A stretch of 64,000 bases of DNA from Squalus acanthias (taxonomy: Eukaryota), in assembly GCA_030390025.1 (NCBI GenBank), contig JASTWF010000033.1:808001-872000 (forward strand), in the 5' to 3' direction. Position 1 is the first letter of the stretch; the number at the start of each line of letters is the position of its first letter. The translations under genes and the position numbers were made by a program. Below are positions 22,101-37,100 of the stretch, one piece after another. The notes under the pieces were generated by a model. That model had not been told where the DNA came from and made no database searches. It saw nothing but the letters and a program-made list of their open reading frames with translations.

Positions 22101-25100
22101 GGAGTGAGGTTTACAGAGTGAGGGAATGGGAGTGAGATTTACAGAGTGAGGGAATGGGAGTGAGATTTACAGAGTGAGGGAATGGGAGTGAGTTTACAGA
22201 GTGAGGGAATGGGAGTGAGATTTACAGAGTGAGGGAATGGGAGTGAGATTTACAGAGTGAGGGAATGGGAGTGAGATTTACAGAGTGAGGGAATGGGAGT
22301 GAGGTTAACAGAGTGAGGGAATGGGAGTGAGATTTACAGATTGAGGGAATGGGAGTGAGATTTACAGAGTGAGGGAATGGGAGTGAGGTTTACAGAGTGA
22401 GGGAATGGGAGTGAGTTTTACAGAGTGAGGGAATGGGAGTGAGGTTAACAGAGTGAGGGAATGGGAGTGAGGTTTACAGAGTGAGGGAATGGGAGTGAGA
22501 TTTACAGAGTGAGGGAATGGGAGTGAGTTTTACAGAGTGAGGGAATGGGAGTGAGGTTAACAGAGTGAGGGAATGGGAGTGAGATTTACAGAGTGAGGGA
22601 ATGGGAGTGAGATTTACAGAGTGAGGGAATGGGAGTGAGATTTACAGAGTGAGGGAATGGGAGTGAGATTTACAGAGTGAGGGAATGGGAGTGAGATTTA
22701 CAGAGTGAGGGAATGGGAGTGAGATTTACAGAGTGAGGGAATGGGAGTGAGGTTTACAGAGTGAGGGAATGGGAGTGAGATTTACAGAGTGAGGGAATGG
22801 GAGTGAGATTTACAGAGTGAGGGAATGGGAGTGAGATTTACAGAGTGAGGGAATGGGAGTGAGATTTACAGAGTGAGGGAATGGGAGTGAGATTTACAGA
22901 GTGAGGGAATGGGAGTGAGATTTACAGAGTGAGGGAATGGGAGTGAGATTTACAGAGTGAGGGAATGGGAGTGAGATTTACAGAGTGAGGGAATGGGAGT
23001 GAGATTTACAGAGTGAGGGAATGGGAGTGAGATTTACAGAGTGAGGGAATGGGAGTGAGGTTTACAGAGTGAGGGAATGGGAGTGAGATTTACAGAGTGA
23101 GGGAATGGGAGTGAGATTTACAGAGTGAGGGAATGGGAGTGAGGTTTACAGAGTGAGGGAATGGGAGTGAGATTTACAGAGTGAGGGAATGGGAGTGAGA
23201 TTTACAGAGTGAGGGAATGGGAGTGAGATTTACAGAGTGAGGGAATGGGAGTGAGATTTACAGAGTGAGGGAATGGGAGTGAGTTTACAGAGTGAGGGAA
23301 TGGGAGTGAGGTTTACAGAGTGAGGGAATGGGAGTGAGATTTACAGAGTGAGGGAATGGGAGTGAGATTTACAGAGTGAGGGAATGGGAGTGAGATTTAC
23401 AGAGTGAGGGAATGGGAGTGAGATTTACAGAGTGAGGGAATGGGAGTGAGATTTACAGAGTGAGGGAATGGGAGTGAGATTTACAGAGTGAGGGAATGGG
23501 AGTGAGATTTACAGAGTGAGGGAATGGGAGTGAGATTTACAGAGTGAGGGATGGGAGTGAGATTTACAGAGTGAGGGAATGGGAGTGAGATTACAGAGTG
23601 AGGGAATGGGAGTGAGATTTACAGAGTGAGGGAATGGGAGTGAAGTTTACAGAGTAAGGGAGTGGGAGTGAGATTTACAGATTAAGGGAATGGGAGTGAG
23701 AATTACAGAGTGAGGGAATGGGAGTGAGATTTACAGAGTGAGGGAATGGGAGTGAAGTTTACAGAGTGAGGGAGTGGAAGTGAGATTTACAGAGTAAGGG
23801 AATGGGAGTGAGATTTACAGAGTGAGGGAGTGAGAGTGAGATTGACAGAGTGAGGGAATGAGAGTGATGTTAACAGAGTGAGGGAGTGGGAGTGAGGTTT
23901 GCAGAGTGAGGGATTGGTAGTGAGATTTACAGAGTGAGGGAATGGGAGTGAGGTTTACAGAGTAAGGGAATGGGTGTGAGATTTACGGAGTGAGGGAGTG
24001 GAAGTGAGGTCTGCAGAGTGAGGGAGTGGGAGTTAAGGTTTGTTATGTGTGGGAATGGGAGTGAGATTTACAGAGTGAGGGAATAGGAGTGAGATTTACA
24101 GAGTGAGGGCATGGGAGTGAAAATTAGAGATTGAGGGAATGGGAGTGAGATTTACAGAGTGAGGGAATGGGAGTGAGATTTACAGAGTGAGGGAATGGGA
24201 GTGAGATTTACAGAGTGAGGGAATGGGAGTGAGATTTACAGAGTGAGGGAATGGGAGTGAGATTTACAGAGTGAGGGAATGGGAGTGAGATTTACAGAGT
24301 GAGGGAATGGGAGTGAGATTTACAGAGTGAGGGAATGGGAGTGAGGTTTACAGAGTGAGGGAATGGGAGTGAGATTTACAGAGTGAGGGAATGGGAGTGA
24401 GATTTACAGAGTGAGGGAATGGGAGTGAGTTTACAGAGTGAGGGAATGGAGTGAGATTTACAGAGTGAGGGAATGGGAGTGAGGTTTACAGAGTGAGGGA
24501 ATGGGAGTGAGATTTACAGAGTGAGGGAATGGGAGTGAGATTTACAGAGTGAGGGAATGGGAGTGAGGTTTACAGAGTGAGGGAATGGGAGTGAGATTTA
24601 CAGAGTGAGGGAATGGGAGTGAGATTTACAGAGTGAGGGAATGGGAGTGAGGTTTACAGAGTGAGGGAATGGGAGTGAGATTTACAGAGTGAGGGAATGG
24701 GAGTGAGATTTACAGAGTGAGGGAATGGGAGTGAGATTTACAGAGTGAGGGAATGGGAGTGAGATTTACAGAGTGAGGGAATGGGAGTGAGATTTACAGA
24801 GTGAGGGAATGGGAGTGAGATTTACAGAGTGAGGGAATGGGAGTGAGATTTACAGAGTGAGGGAATGGGAGTGAGATTTACAGAGTGAGGGAATGGGAGT
24901 GAGATTTACAGAGTGAGGGAATGGGAGTGAGATTTACAGAGTGAGGGAATGGGAGTGAGATTTACAGAGTGAGGGAATGGGAGTGAGATTTACAGAGTGA
25001 GGGAATGGGAGTGAGATTTACAGAGTGAGGGAATGGGAGTGAGATTTACAGAGTGAGGGAATGGGAGTGAGATTTACAGAGTGAGGGAATGGGAGTGAGA

Positions 25101-28100
25101 TTTACAGAGTGAGGGAATGGGAGTGAGATTTACAGAGTGAGGGAATGGGAGTGAGATTTACAGAGTGAGGGAATGGGAGTGAGATTTACAGAGTGAGGGA
25201 ATGGGAGTGAGGTTTACAGAGTGAGGGAATGGGAGTGAGATTTACAGAGTGAGGGAATGGGAGTGAGATTTACAGAGTGAGGGAATGGGAGTGAGATTTA
25301 CAGAGTGAGGGAATGGGAGTGAGATTTACAGAGTGAGGGAATGGGAGTGAGATTACAGAGTGAGGGAATGGGAGTGAGATTTACAGAGTGAGGGAATGGG
25401 AGTGAGGTTTACAGAGTGAGGGAATGGGAGTGAGATTTACAGAGTGAGGGAATGGGAGTGAGCTTTACAGAGTGAGGGAATGGGAGTGAGGTTACAGAGT
25501 GAGGGAATGGGAGTGAGATTTACAGAGTGAGGGAATGGGAGTGAGGTTTACAGAGTGAGGGAATGGGAGTGAGATTTACAGAGTGAGGGAATGGGAGTGA
25601 GATTTACAGAGTGAGGGAATGGGAGTGAGATTTACAGAGTGAGGGAATGGGAGTGAGTTTACAGAGTGAGGGAATGGGAGTGAGATTTACAGAGTGAGGG
25701 AATGGGAGTGAGATTTACAGAGTGAGGGAATGGGAGTGAGATTTACAGAGTGAGGGAATGGGAGTGAGATTTACAGAGTGAGGGAATGGGAGTGAGATTT
25801 ACAGAGTGAGGGAATGGGAGTGAGATTTACAGAGTGAGGGAATGGGAGTGAGATTTACAGAGTGAGGGAATGGGAGTGAGATTTACAGAGTGAGGGAATG
25901 GGAGTGAGATTTACAGAGTGAGGGAATGGGAGTGAGATTTACAGAGTGAGGGAATGGGAGTGAGATTTACAGAGTGAGGGAATGGGAGTGAGATTTACAG
26001 AGTGAGGGAATGGGAGTGAGATTTACAGAGTGAGGGAATGGGAGTGAGATTTACAGAGTGAGGGAATGGGAGTGAGATTTACAGAGTGAGGGAATGGGAG
26101 TGAGATTTACAGAGTGAGGGAATGGGAGTGAGATTTACAGAGTGAGGGAATGGGAGTGAGGTTTACAGAGTGAGGGAATGGGAGTGAGATTTACAGAGTG
26201 AGGGAATGGGAGTGAGATTTACAGAGTGAGGGAATGGGAGTGAGATTTACAGAGTGAGGGAAGTGGGAGTGAGATTACAGAGTGAGGAATGGGAGTGAGA
26301 TTTACAGAGTGAGGGAATGGGAGTGAGATTTAAGAGTGAGGGAATGGGAGTGAGATTTACAGAGTGAGGGAATGGGAGTGAGATTTACAGAGTGAGGGAA
26401 TGGGAGTGAGATTTACAGAGTGAGGGAATGGGAGTGAGATTTACAGAGTGAGGGAATGGGAGTGAGGTTTACAGAGTGAGGGAATGGGAGTGAGATTTAC
26501 AGAGTGAGGGAATGGGAGTGAGATTTACAGAGTGAGGGAATGGGAGTGAGATTTACAGAGTGAGGGAATGGGAGTGAGATTTACAGAGTGAGGGAATGGG
26601 AGTGAGATTTACAGAGTGAGGGAATGGGAGTGAGATTTACAGAGTGAGGGAATGGGAGTGAGATTTACAGAGTGAGGGAATGGGAGTGAGATTTACAGAG
26701 TGAGGGAATGGGAGTGAGATTTACAGAGTGAGGGAATGGGAGTGAGATTTACAGAGTGAGGGAATGGGAGTGAGATTTACAGAGTGAGGGAATGGGAGTG
26801 AGATTTACAGAGTGAGGGAATGGGAGTGAGATTTACAGAGTGAGGGAATGGGAGTGAGATTTACAGAGTGAGGGAATGGGAGTGAGATTTACAGAGTGAG
26901 GGAATGGGAGTGAGATTTACAGAGTGAGGGAATGGGAGTGAGATTTACAGAGTGAGGGAATGGGAGTGAGATTTACAGAGTGAGGGAATGGGAGTGAGTT
27001 TACAGAGTGAGGGAATGGGAGTGAGATTTACAGAGTGAGGGAATGGGAGTGAGATTTACAGAGTGAGGGAATGGGAGTGAGATTTACAGAGTGAGGGAAT
27101 GGGAGTGAGATTTACAGAGTGAGGGAATGGGAGTGAGATTTACAGAGTGAGGGAATGGGAGTGAGATTTACAGAGTGAGGGAATGGGAGTGAGATTTACA
27201 GAGTGAGGGAATGGGAGTGAGATTTACAGAGTGAGGGAATGGGAGTGAGATTTACAGAGTGAGGGAATGGGAGTGAGATTTACAGAGTGAGGGAATGGGA
27301 GTGAGATTTACAGAGTGAGGGAATGGGAGTGAGATTTACAGAGTGAGGGAATGGGAGTGAGATTTACAGAGTGAGGGAATGGGAGTGAGATTTACAGAGT
27401 GAGGGAATGGGAGTGAGATTTACAGAGTGAGGGAATGGGAGTGAGATTTACAGAGTGAGGGAATGGGAGTGAGATTTACAGAGTGAGGGAATGGGAGTGA
27501 GATTTACAGAGTGAGGGAATGGGAGTGAGATTTACAGAGTGAGGGAATGGGAGTGAGATTTACAGAGTGAGGGAATGGGAGTGAGATTTACAGAGTGAGG
27601 GAATGGGAGTGAGATTTACAGAGTGAGGGAATGGGAGTGAGATTTACAGAGTGAGGGAATGGGAGTGAGATTTACAGAGTGAGGGAATGGGAGTGAGATT
27701 TACAGAGTGAGGGAATGGGAGTGAGATTTACAGAGTGAGGGAATGGGAGTGAGGTTTACAGAGTGAGGGAATGGGAGTGAGATTTACAGAGTGAGGGAAT
27801 GGGAGTGAGATTTACAGAGTGAGGGAATGGGAGTGAGATTTACAGAGTGAGGGAATGGGAGTGAGATTTACAGAGTGAGGGAATGGGAGTGAGATTTACA
27901 GAGTGAGGGAATGGGAGTGAGATTTACAGAGTGAGGGAATGGGAGTGAGATTTACAGAGTGAGGGAATGGGAGTGAGATTTACAGAGTGAGGGAATGGGA
28001 GTGAGATTTACAGAGTGAGGGAATGGGAGTGAGATTTACAGAGTGAGGGAATGGGAGTGAGATTTACAGAGTGAGGGAATGGGAGTGAGATTTACAGAGT

Positions 28101-31100
28101 GAGGGAATGGGAGTGAGATTTACAGAGTGAGGGAATGGGAGTGAGATTTACAGAGTGAGGGAATGGGAGTGAGATTTACAGAGTGAGGGAATGGGAGTGA
28201 GGTTTACAGAGTGAGGGAATGGGAGTGAGATTTACAGAGTGAGGGAATGGGAGTGAGATTTACAGAGTGAGGGAATGGGAGTGAGATTTACAGAGTGAGG
28301 GAATGGGAGTGAGATTTACAGAGTGAGGGAATGGGAGTGAGATTTACAGAGTGAGGGAATGGGAGTGAGATTTACAGAGTGAGGGAATGGGAGTGAGATT
28401 TACAGAGTGAGGGAATGGGAGTGAGATTTACAGAGTGAGGGAATGGGAGTGAGATTTACAGAGTGAGGGAATGGGAGTGAGTTTACAGAGTGAGGGAATG
28501 GGAGTGAGATTTACAGAGTGAGGGAATGGGAGTGAGATTTACAGAGTGAGGGAATGGGAGTGAGATTTACAGAGTGAGGGAATGGGAGTGAGATTTACAG
28601 AGTGAGGGAATGGGAGTGAGATTTACAGAGTGAGGGAATGGGAGTGAGATTTACAGAGTGAGGGAATGGGAGTGAGATTTACAGAGTGAGGGAATGGGAG
28701 TGAGATTTACAGAGTGAGGGAATGGGAGTGAGATTTACAGAGTGAGGGAATGGGAGTGAGATTTACAGAGTGAGGGAATGGGAGTGAGATTTACAGAGTG
28801 AGGGAATGGGAGTGAGATTTACAGAGTGAGGGAATGGGAGTGAGATTTACAGAGTGAGGGAATGGGAGTGAGATTTACAGAGTGAGGGAATGGGAGTGAG
28901 ATTTACAGAGTGAGGGAATGGGAGTGAGATTTACAGAGTGAGGGAATGGGAGTGAGATTTACAGAGTGAGGGAATGGGAGTGAGATTTACAGAGTGAGGG
29001 AATGGGAGTGAGATTTACAGAGTGAGGGAATGGGAGTGAGATTTACAGAGTGAGGGAATGGGAGTGAGATTTACAGAGTGAGGGAATGGGAGTGAGATTT
29101 ACAGAGTGAGGGAATGGGAGTGAGATTTACAGAGTGAGGGAATGGGAGTGAGATTTACAGAGTGAGGGAATGGGAGTGAGATTTACAGAGTGAGGGAATG
29201 GGAGTGAGATTTACAGAGTGAGGGAATGGGAGTGAGTTTACAGAGTGAGGGAATGGGAGTGAGATTTACAGAGTGAGGGAATGGGAGTGAGATTTACAGA
29301 GTGAGGGAATGGGAGTGAGTTTACAGAGTGAGGGAATGGGAGTGAGATTTACAGAGTGAGGGAATGGGAGTGAGATTTACAGAGTGAGGGAATCGGAGTG
29401 AGATTTACAGAGTGAGGGAATGGGAGTGAGTTTGCAGAGTGAGGGAATGGGAGTGAGATTTACAGATTGAGGGAATGGGAGTGAGATTTACAGAGTGAGG
29501 GAATGGGAGTGAGATTTACAGAGTGAGGGAATGGGAGTGAGATTTACAGAGTGAGGGAATGGGAGTGAGATTTACAGAGTGAGGGAATGGGAGTGAGATT
29601 TACAGAGTGAGGGAATGGGAGTGAGATTTACAGAGTGAGGGAATGGGAGTGAGATTTACAGAGTGAGGGAATGGGAGTGAGATTTACAGAGTGAGGGAAT
29701 GGGAGTGAGATTTACAGAGTGAGGGAATGGGAGTGAGATTTACAGAGTGAGGGAATGGGAGTGAGATTTACAGAGTGAGGGAATGGGAGTGAGATTACAG
29801 AGTGAGGGAATGGGAGTGAGATTTACAGAGTGAGGGAATGGGAGTGAGATTTACAGAGTGAGGGAATGGGAGTGAGATTTACAGAGTGAGGGAATGGGAG
29901 TGAGATTTACAGAGTGAGGGAATGGGAGTGAGATTTACAGAGTGAGGGAATGGGAGTGAGATTTACAGAGTGAGGGAATGGGAGTGAGATTTACAGAGTG
30001 AGGGAATGGGAGTGAGATTTACAGAGTGAGGGAATGGGAGTGAGTTTACAGAGTGAGGGAATGGGAGTGAGATTTACAGAGTGAGGGAATGGGAGTGAGA
30101 TTTACAGAGTGAGGGAATGGGAGTGAGATTTACAGAGTGAGGGAATGGGAGTGAGATTTACAGAGTGAGGGAATGGGAGTGAGATTTACAGAGTGAGGGA
30201 ATGGGAGTGAGATTTACAGAGTGAGGGAATGGGAGTGAGATTTACAGAGTGAGGGAATGGGAGTGAGATTTACAGAGTGAGGGAATGGGAGTGAGATTTA
30301 CAGAGTGAGGGAATGGGAGTGAGATTTACAGAGTGAGGGAATGGGAGTGAGATTTACAGAGTGAGGGAATGGGAGTGAGATTTACAGAGTGAGGGAATGG
30401 GAGTGAGATTTACAGAGTGAGGGAATGGGAGTGAGATTTACAGAGTGAGGGAATGGGAGTGAGATTTACAGAGTGAGGGAATGGGAGTGAGATTTACAGA
30501 GTGAGGGAATGGGAGTGAGATTTACAGAGTGAGGGAATGGGAGTGAGATTTACAGAGTGAGGGAATGGGAGTGAGATTTACAGAGTGAGGGAATGGGAGT
30601 GAGATTTACAGAGTGAGGGAATGGGAGTGAGATTTACAGAGTGAGGGAATGGGAGTGAGATTTACAGAGTGAGGGAATGGGAGTGAGATTTACAGAGTGA
30701 GGGAATGGGAGTGAGATTTACAGAGTGAGGGAATGGGAGTGAGATTTACAGAGTGAGGGAATGGGAGTGAGATTTACAGAGTGAGGGAATGGGAGTGAGA
30801 TTTACAGAGTGAGGGAATGGGAGTGAGATTTACAGAGTGAGGGAATGGGAGTGAGATTACAGAGTGAGGGAATGGGAGTGAGATTTACAGAGTGAGGGAA
30901 TGGGAGTGAGATTTACAGAGTGAGGGAATGGGAGTGAGATTTACAGAGTGAGGGAATGGGAGTGAGATTTACAGAGTGAGGGAATGGGAGTGAGATTTAC
31001 AGAGTGAGGGAATGGGAGTGAGATTTACAGAGTGAGGGAATGGGAGTGAGATTTACAGAGTGAGGGAATGGGAGTGAGATTTACAGAGTGAGGGAATGGG

Positions 31101-34100
31101 AGTGAGATTTACAGAGTGAGGGAATGGGAGTGAGATTTACAGAGTGAGGGAATGGGAGTGAGATTTACAGAGTGAGGGAATGGGAGTGAGATTTACAGAG
31201 TGAGGGAATGGGAGTGAGATTTACAGAGTGAGGGAATGGGAGTGAGATTTACAGAGTGAGGGAATGGGAGTGAGATTTACAGAGTGAGGGAATGGGAGTG
31301 AGATTTACAGAGTGAGGGAATGGGAGTGAGATTTACAGAGTGAGGGAATGGGAGTGAGATTTACAGAGTGAGGGAATGGGAGTGAGATTTACAGAGTGAG
31401 GGAATGGGAGTGAGATTTACAGAGTGAGGGAATGGGAGTGAGATTTACAGAGTGAGGGAATGGGAGTGAGATTTACAGAGTGAGGGAATGGGAGTGAGAT
31501 TTACAGAGTGAGGGAATGGGAGTGAGATTTACAGAGTGAGGGAATGGGAGTGAGATTTACAGAGTGAGGGAATGGGAGTGAGATTTACAGAGTGAGGGAA
31601 TGGGAGTGAGATTTACAGAGTGAGGGAATGGGAGTGAGATTTACAGAGTGAGGGAATGGGAGTGAGATTTACAGAGTGAGGGAATGGGAGTGAGGTTACA
31701 GAATGAGGGAATGGGAGTGAGGTTTACAGAGTGAGGGAATGGGAGTGAGATTTACAGAGTGAGGGAATGGGAGTGAGATTTACAGAGTGAGGGAATGGGA
31801 GTGAGATTACAGAGTGAGGGAATGGGAGTGAGATTTACAGAGTGAGGGAATGGGAGTGAGATTTACAGAGTGAGGGAATGGGAGTGAGATTTACAGAGTG
31901 AGGGAATGGGAGTGAGATTTACAGAGTGAGGGAATGGGAGTGAGATTTACAGAGTGAGGGAATGGGAGTGAGATTTACAGAGTGAGGGAATGGGAGTGAG
32001 ATTTACAGAGTGAGGGAATGGGAGTGAGATTTACAGAGTGAGGGAATGGGAGTGAGATTTACAGAGTGAGGGAATGGAGTGAGATTTACAGAGTGAGGGA
32101 ATGGGAGTGAGATTTACAGAGTGAGGGAATGGGAGTGAGATTTACAGAGTGAGGGAATGGGAGTGAGGTTTACAGAGTGAGGGAATGGGAGTGAGATTTA
32201 CAGAGTGAGGGAATGGGAGTGAGATTTACAGAGTGAGGGAATGGGAGTGAGATTTACAGAGTGAGGGAATGGGAGTGAGATTTACAGAGTGAGGGAATGG
32301 GAGTGAGATTTACAGAGTGAGGGAATGGGAGTGAGATTTACAGAGTGAGGGAATGGGAGTGAGATTTACAGAGTGAGGGAATGGGAGTGAGATTACAGAG
32401 TGAGGGAATGGGAGTGAGATTTACAGAGTGAGGGAATGGGAGTGAGATTTACAGAGTGAGGGAATGGGAGTGAGATTTACAGAGTGAGGGAATGGGAGTG
32501 AGATTTACAGAGTGAGGGAATGGGAGTGAGATTTACAGAGTGAGGGAATGGGAGTGAGATTTACAGAGTGAGGGAATGGGAGTGAGATTTACAGAGTGAG
32601 GGAATGGGAGTGAGATTTACAGAGTGAGGGAATGGGAGTGAGATTTACAGAGTGAGGGAATGGGAGTGAGATTTACAGAGTGAGGGAATGGGAGTGAGAT
32701 TTACAGAGTGAGGGAATGGGAGTGAGATTTACAGAGTGAGGGAATGGGAGTGAGATTTACAGAGTGAGGGAATGGGAGTGAGATTTACAGAGTGAGGGAA
32801 TGGGAGTGAGATTTACAGAGTGAGGGAATGGGAGTGAGATTTACAGAGTGAGGGAATGGGAGTGAGATTTACAGAGTGAGGGAATGGGAGTGAGATTTAC
32901 AGAGTGAGGGAATGGGAGTGAGATTTACAGAGTGAGGGAATGGGAGTGAGATTTACAGAGTGAGGGAATGGGAGTGAGATTTACAGAGTGAGGGAATGGG
33001 AGTGAGTTTACAGAGTGAGGGAATGGGAGTGAGATTTACAGAGTGAGGGAATGGGAGTGAGATTTACAGAGTGAGGGAATGGGAGTGAGATTTACAGAGT
33101 GAGGGAATGGGAGTGAGATTTACAGAGTGAGGGAATGGGAGTGAGATTTACAGAGTGAGGGAATGGGAGTGAGATTTACAGAGTGAGGGAATGGGAGTGA
33201 GATTTACAGAGTGAGGGAATGGGAGTGAGATTTACAGAGTGAGGGAATGGGAGTGAGATTTACAGAGTGAGGGAATGGGAGTGAGATTTACAGAGTGAGG
33301 GAATGGGAGTGAGGTTTACAGAGTGAGGGAATGGGAGTGAGATTTACAGAGTGAGGGAATGGGAGTGAGATTTACAGAGTGAGGGAATGGGAGTGAGTTT
33401 ACAGAGTGAGGGAATGGGAGTGAGATTTACAGAGTGAGGGAATGGGAGTGAGATTTACAGAGTGAGGGAATGGGAGTGAGGTTTACAGAGTGAGGGAATG
33501 GGAGTGAGATTTACAGAGTGAGGGAATGGGAGTGAGATTTACAGAGTGAGGGAATGGGAGTGAGGTTTACAGAGTGAGGGAATGGGAGTGAGATTTACAG
33601 AGTGAGGGAATGGGAGTGAGATTTACAGAGTGAGGGAATGGGAGTGAGATTACAGAGTGAGGGAATGGGAGTGAGATTTACAGAGTGAGGGAATGGGAGT
33701 GAGATTTACAGAGTGAGGGAGTGGGAGTGAGATTTACAGAGTGAGGGAATGGGAGTGAGATTTACAGAGTGAGGAATGGGAGTGAGATTTACAGAGTGAG
33801 GGAATGGGAGTGAGATTTACAGAGTGAGGGAATGGGAGTGAGATTACAGAGTGAGGGAATGGGAGTGAGATTTACAGAGTGAGGGAATGGGAGTGAGATT
33901 TACAGAGTGAGGGAATGGGAGTGAGGTTTACAGAGTGAGGAATGGGAGTGAGATTTACAGAGTGAGGGAATGGGAGTGAGATTTACAGAGTGAGGGAATG
34001 GGAGTGAGATTTACAGAGTGAGGGAATGGAGTGAGTTTTACAGAGTGAGGGAATGGGAGTGAGGTTAACAGAGTGAGGGAATGGGAGTGAGATTTACAGA

Positions 34101-37100
34101 GTGAGGGAATGGGAGTGAGATTTACAGAGTGAGGGAATGGGAGTGAGATTTACAGAGTGAGGGAATGGGAGTGAGATTTACAGAGTGAGGGAATGGGAGT
34201 GAGATTTACAGAGTGAGGGAATGGGAGTGAGATTTACAGAGTGAGGGAATGGGAGTGAGATTTACAGAGTGAGGGAATGGGAGTGAGATTACAGAGTGAG
34301 GGAATGGGAGTGAGATTTACAGAGTGAGGGAATGGGAGTGAGATTTACAGAGTGAGGGAATGGGAGTGAGATTTACAGAGTGAGGGAATGGGAGTGAGAT
34401 TACAGAGTGAGGGAATGGGAGTGAGATTTACAGAGTGAGGGAATGGGAGTGAGGATTACAGAGTGAGGGAATGGGAGTGAGATTTACAGAGTGAGGGAAT
34501 GGGAGTGAGGTTTACAGAGTGAGGGAATGGGAGTGAGATTTACAGAGTGAGGGAATGGGAGTGAGATTTACAGAGTGAGGGAATGGGAGTGAGATTTACA
34601 GAGTGAGGGAATGGGAGTGAGATTTACAGAGTGAGGGAATGGGAGTGAGATTTACAGAGTGAGGGAATGGGAGTGAGATTTACAGAGTGAGGGAATGGGA
34701 GTGAGATTTACAGAGTGAGGGAATGGGAGTGAGATTTACAGAGTGAGGGAATGGGAGTGAGATTTACAGAGTGAGGGAATGGGAGTGAGATTTACAGAGT
34801 GAGGGAATGGGAGTGAGATTTACAGAGTGAGGGAATGGGAGTGAGATTACAGAGTGAGGGAATGGGAGTGAGATTTACAGAGTGAGGGAATGGGAGTGAG
34901 ATTTACAGAGTGAGGGAATGGGAGTGAGATTTACAGAGTGAGGGAATGGGAGTGAGATTTACAGAGTGAGGGAATGGGAGTGAGATTTACAGAGTGAGGG
35001 AATGGGAGTGAGATTTACAGAGTGAGGGAATGGGAGTGAGATTTACAGAGTGAGGGAATGGGAGTGAGATTTACAGAGTGAGGGAATGGGAGTGAGATTT
35101 ACAGAGTGAGGGAATGGGAGTGAGATTACAGAGTGAGGGAATGGGAGTGAGATTTACAGAGTGAGGGAATGGGAGTGAGATTTACAGAGTGAGGGAATGG
35201 GAGTGAGATTTACAGAGTGAGGGAATGGGAGTGAGATTTACAGAGTGAGGGAATGGGAGTGAGATTTACAGAGTGAGGGAATGGGAGTGAGATTTACAGA
35301 GTGAGGGAATGGGAGTGAGATTTACAGAGTGAGGGAATGGGAGTGAGATTTACAGAGTGAGGGAATGGGAGTGAGATTTACAGAGTGAGGGAATGGGAGT
35401 GAGATTTACAGAGTGAGGGAATGGGAGTGAGATTTACAGAGTGAGGGAATGGGAGTGAGATTTACAGAGTGAGGGAATGGGAGTGAGATTTACAGAGTGA
35501 GGGAATGGGAGTGAGATTTACAGAGTGAGGGAATGGGAGTGAGATTACAGAGTGAGGGAATGGGAGTGAGATTTACAGAGTGAGGGAATGGGAGTGAGAT
35601 TTACAGAGTGAGGGAATGGGAGTGAGATTTACAGAGTGAGGGAATGGGAGTGAGATTTACAGAGTGAGGGAATGGGAGTGAGATTTACAGAGTGAGGGAA
35701 TGGGAGTGAGATTTACAGAGTGAGGGAATGGGAGTGAGATTTACAGAGTGAGGGAATGGGAGTGAGATTTACAGAGTGAGGGAATGGGAGTGAGATTACA
35801 GAGTGAGGGAATGGGAGTGAGATTTACAGAGTGAGGGAATGGGAGTGAGATTTACAGAGTGAGGGAATGGGAGTGAGATTTACAGAGTGAGGGAATGGGA
35901 GTGAGATTTACAGAGTGAGGGAATGGGAGTGAGATTTACAGAGTGAGGGAATGGGAGTGAGATTTACAGAGTGAAGGGAATGGGAGTGAGATTTACAGAG
36001 TGAGGGAATGGGAGTGAGATTTACAGAGTGAGGGAATGGGAGTGAGATTACAGAGTGAGGGAATGGGAGTGAGTTTACAGAGTGAGGGAATGGGAGTGAG
36101 ATTTACAGAGTGAGGGAATGGGAGTGAGATTTACAGAGTGAGGGAATGGGAGTGAGATTTACAGAGTGAGGGAATGGGAGTGAGATTACAGAGTGAGGGA
36201 ATGGGAGTGAGATTTACAGAGTGAGGGAATGGGAGTGAGATTTACAGAGTGAGGGAATGGGAGTGAGATTTACAGAGTGAGGGAATGGGAGTGAGATTTA
36301 CAGAGTGAGGGAATGGGAGTGAGATTTACAGAGTGAGGGAATGGGAGTGAGATTTACAGAGTGAGGGAATGGGAGTGAGATTTACAGAGTGAGGGAATGG
36401 GAGTGAGATTTACAGAGTGAGGGAATGGGAGTGAGATTTACAGAGTGAGGGAATGGGAGTGAGATTTACAGAGTGAGGGAATGGGAGTGAGATTTACAGA
36501 GTGAGGGAATGGGAGTGAGATTTACAGAGTGAGGGAATGGGAGTGAGATTTACAGAGTGAGGGAATGGGAGTGAGATTTACAGAGTGAGGGAATGGGAGT
36601 GAGATTTACAGAGTGAGGGAATGGGAGTGAGGTTTACAGAGTGAGGGAATGGGAGTGAGATTTACAGAGTGAGGGAATGGGAGTGAGATTTACAGAGTGA
36701 GGGAATGGGAGTGAGATTTACAGAGTGAGGGAATGGGAGTGAGATTACAGAGTGAGGGAATGGGAGTGAGATTTACAGAGTGAGGGAATGGGAGTGAGAT
36801 TTACAGAGTGAGGGAATGGGAGTGAGATTTACAGAGTGAGGGAATGGGAGTGAGATTTACAGAGTGAGGGAATGGGAGTGAGATTTACAGAGTGAGGGAA
36901 TGGGAGTGAGATTTACAGAGTGAGGGAATGGGAGTGAGGTTTACAGAGTGAGGGAATGGGAGTGAGATTTACAGAGTGAGGGAATGGAGTGAGATTTACA
37001 GAGTGAGGGAATGGGAGTGAGATTTACAGAGTGAGGGAATGGGAGTGAGATTTACAGAGTGAGGGAATGGGAGTGAGATTACAGAGTGAGGGAATGGGAG

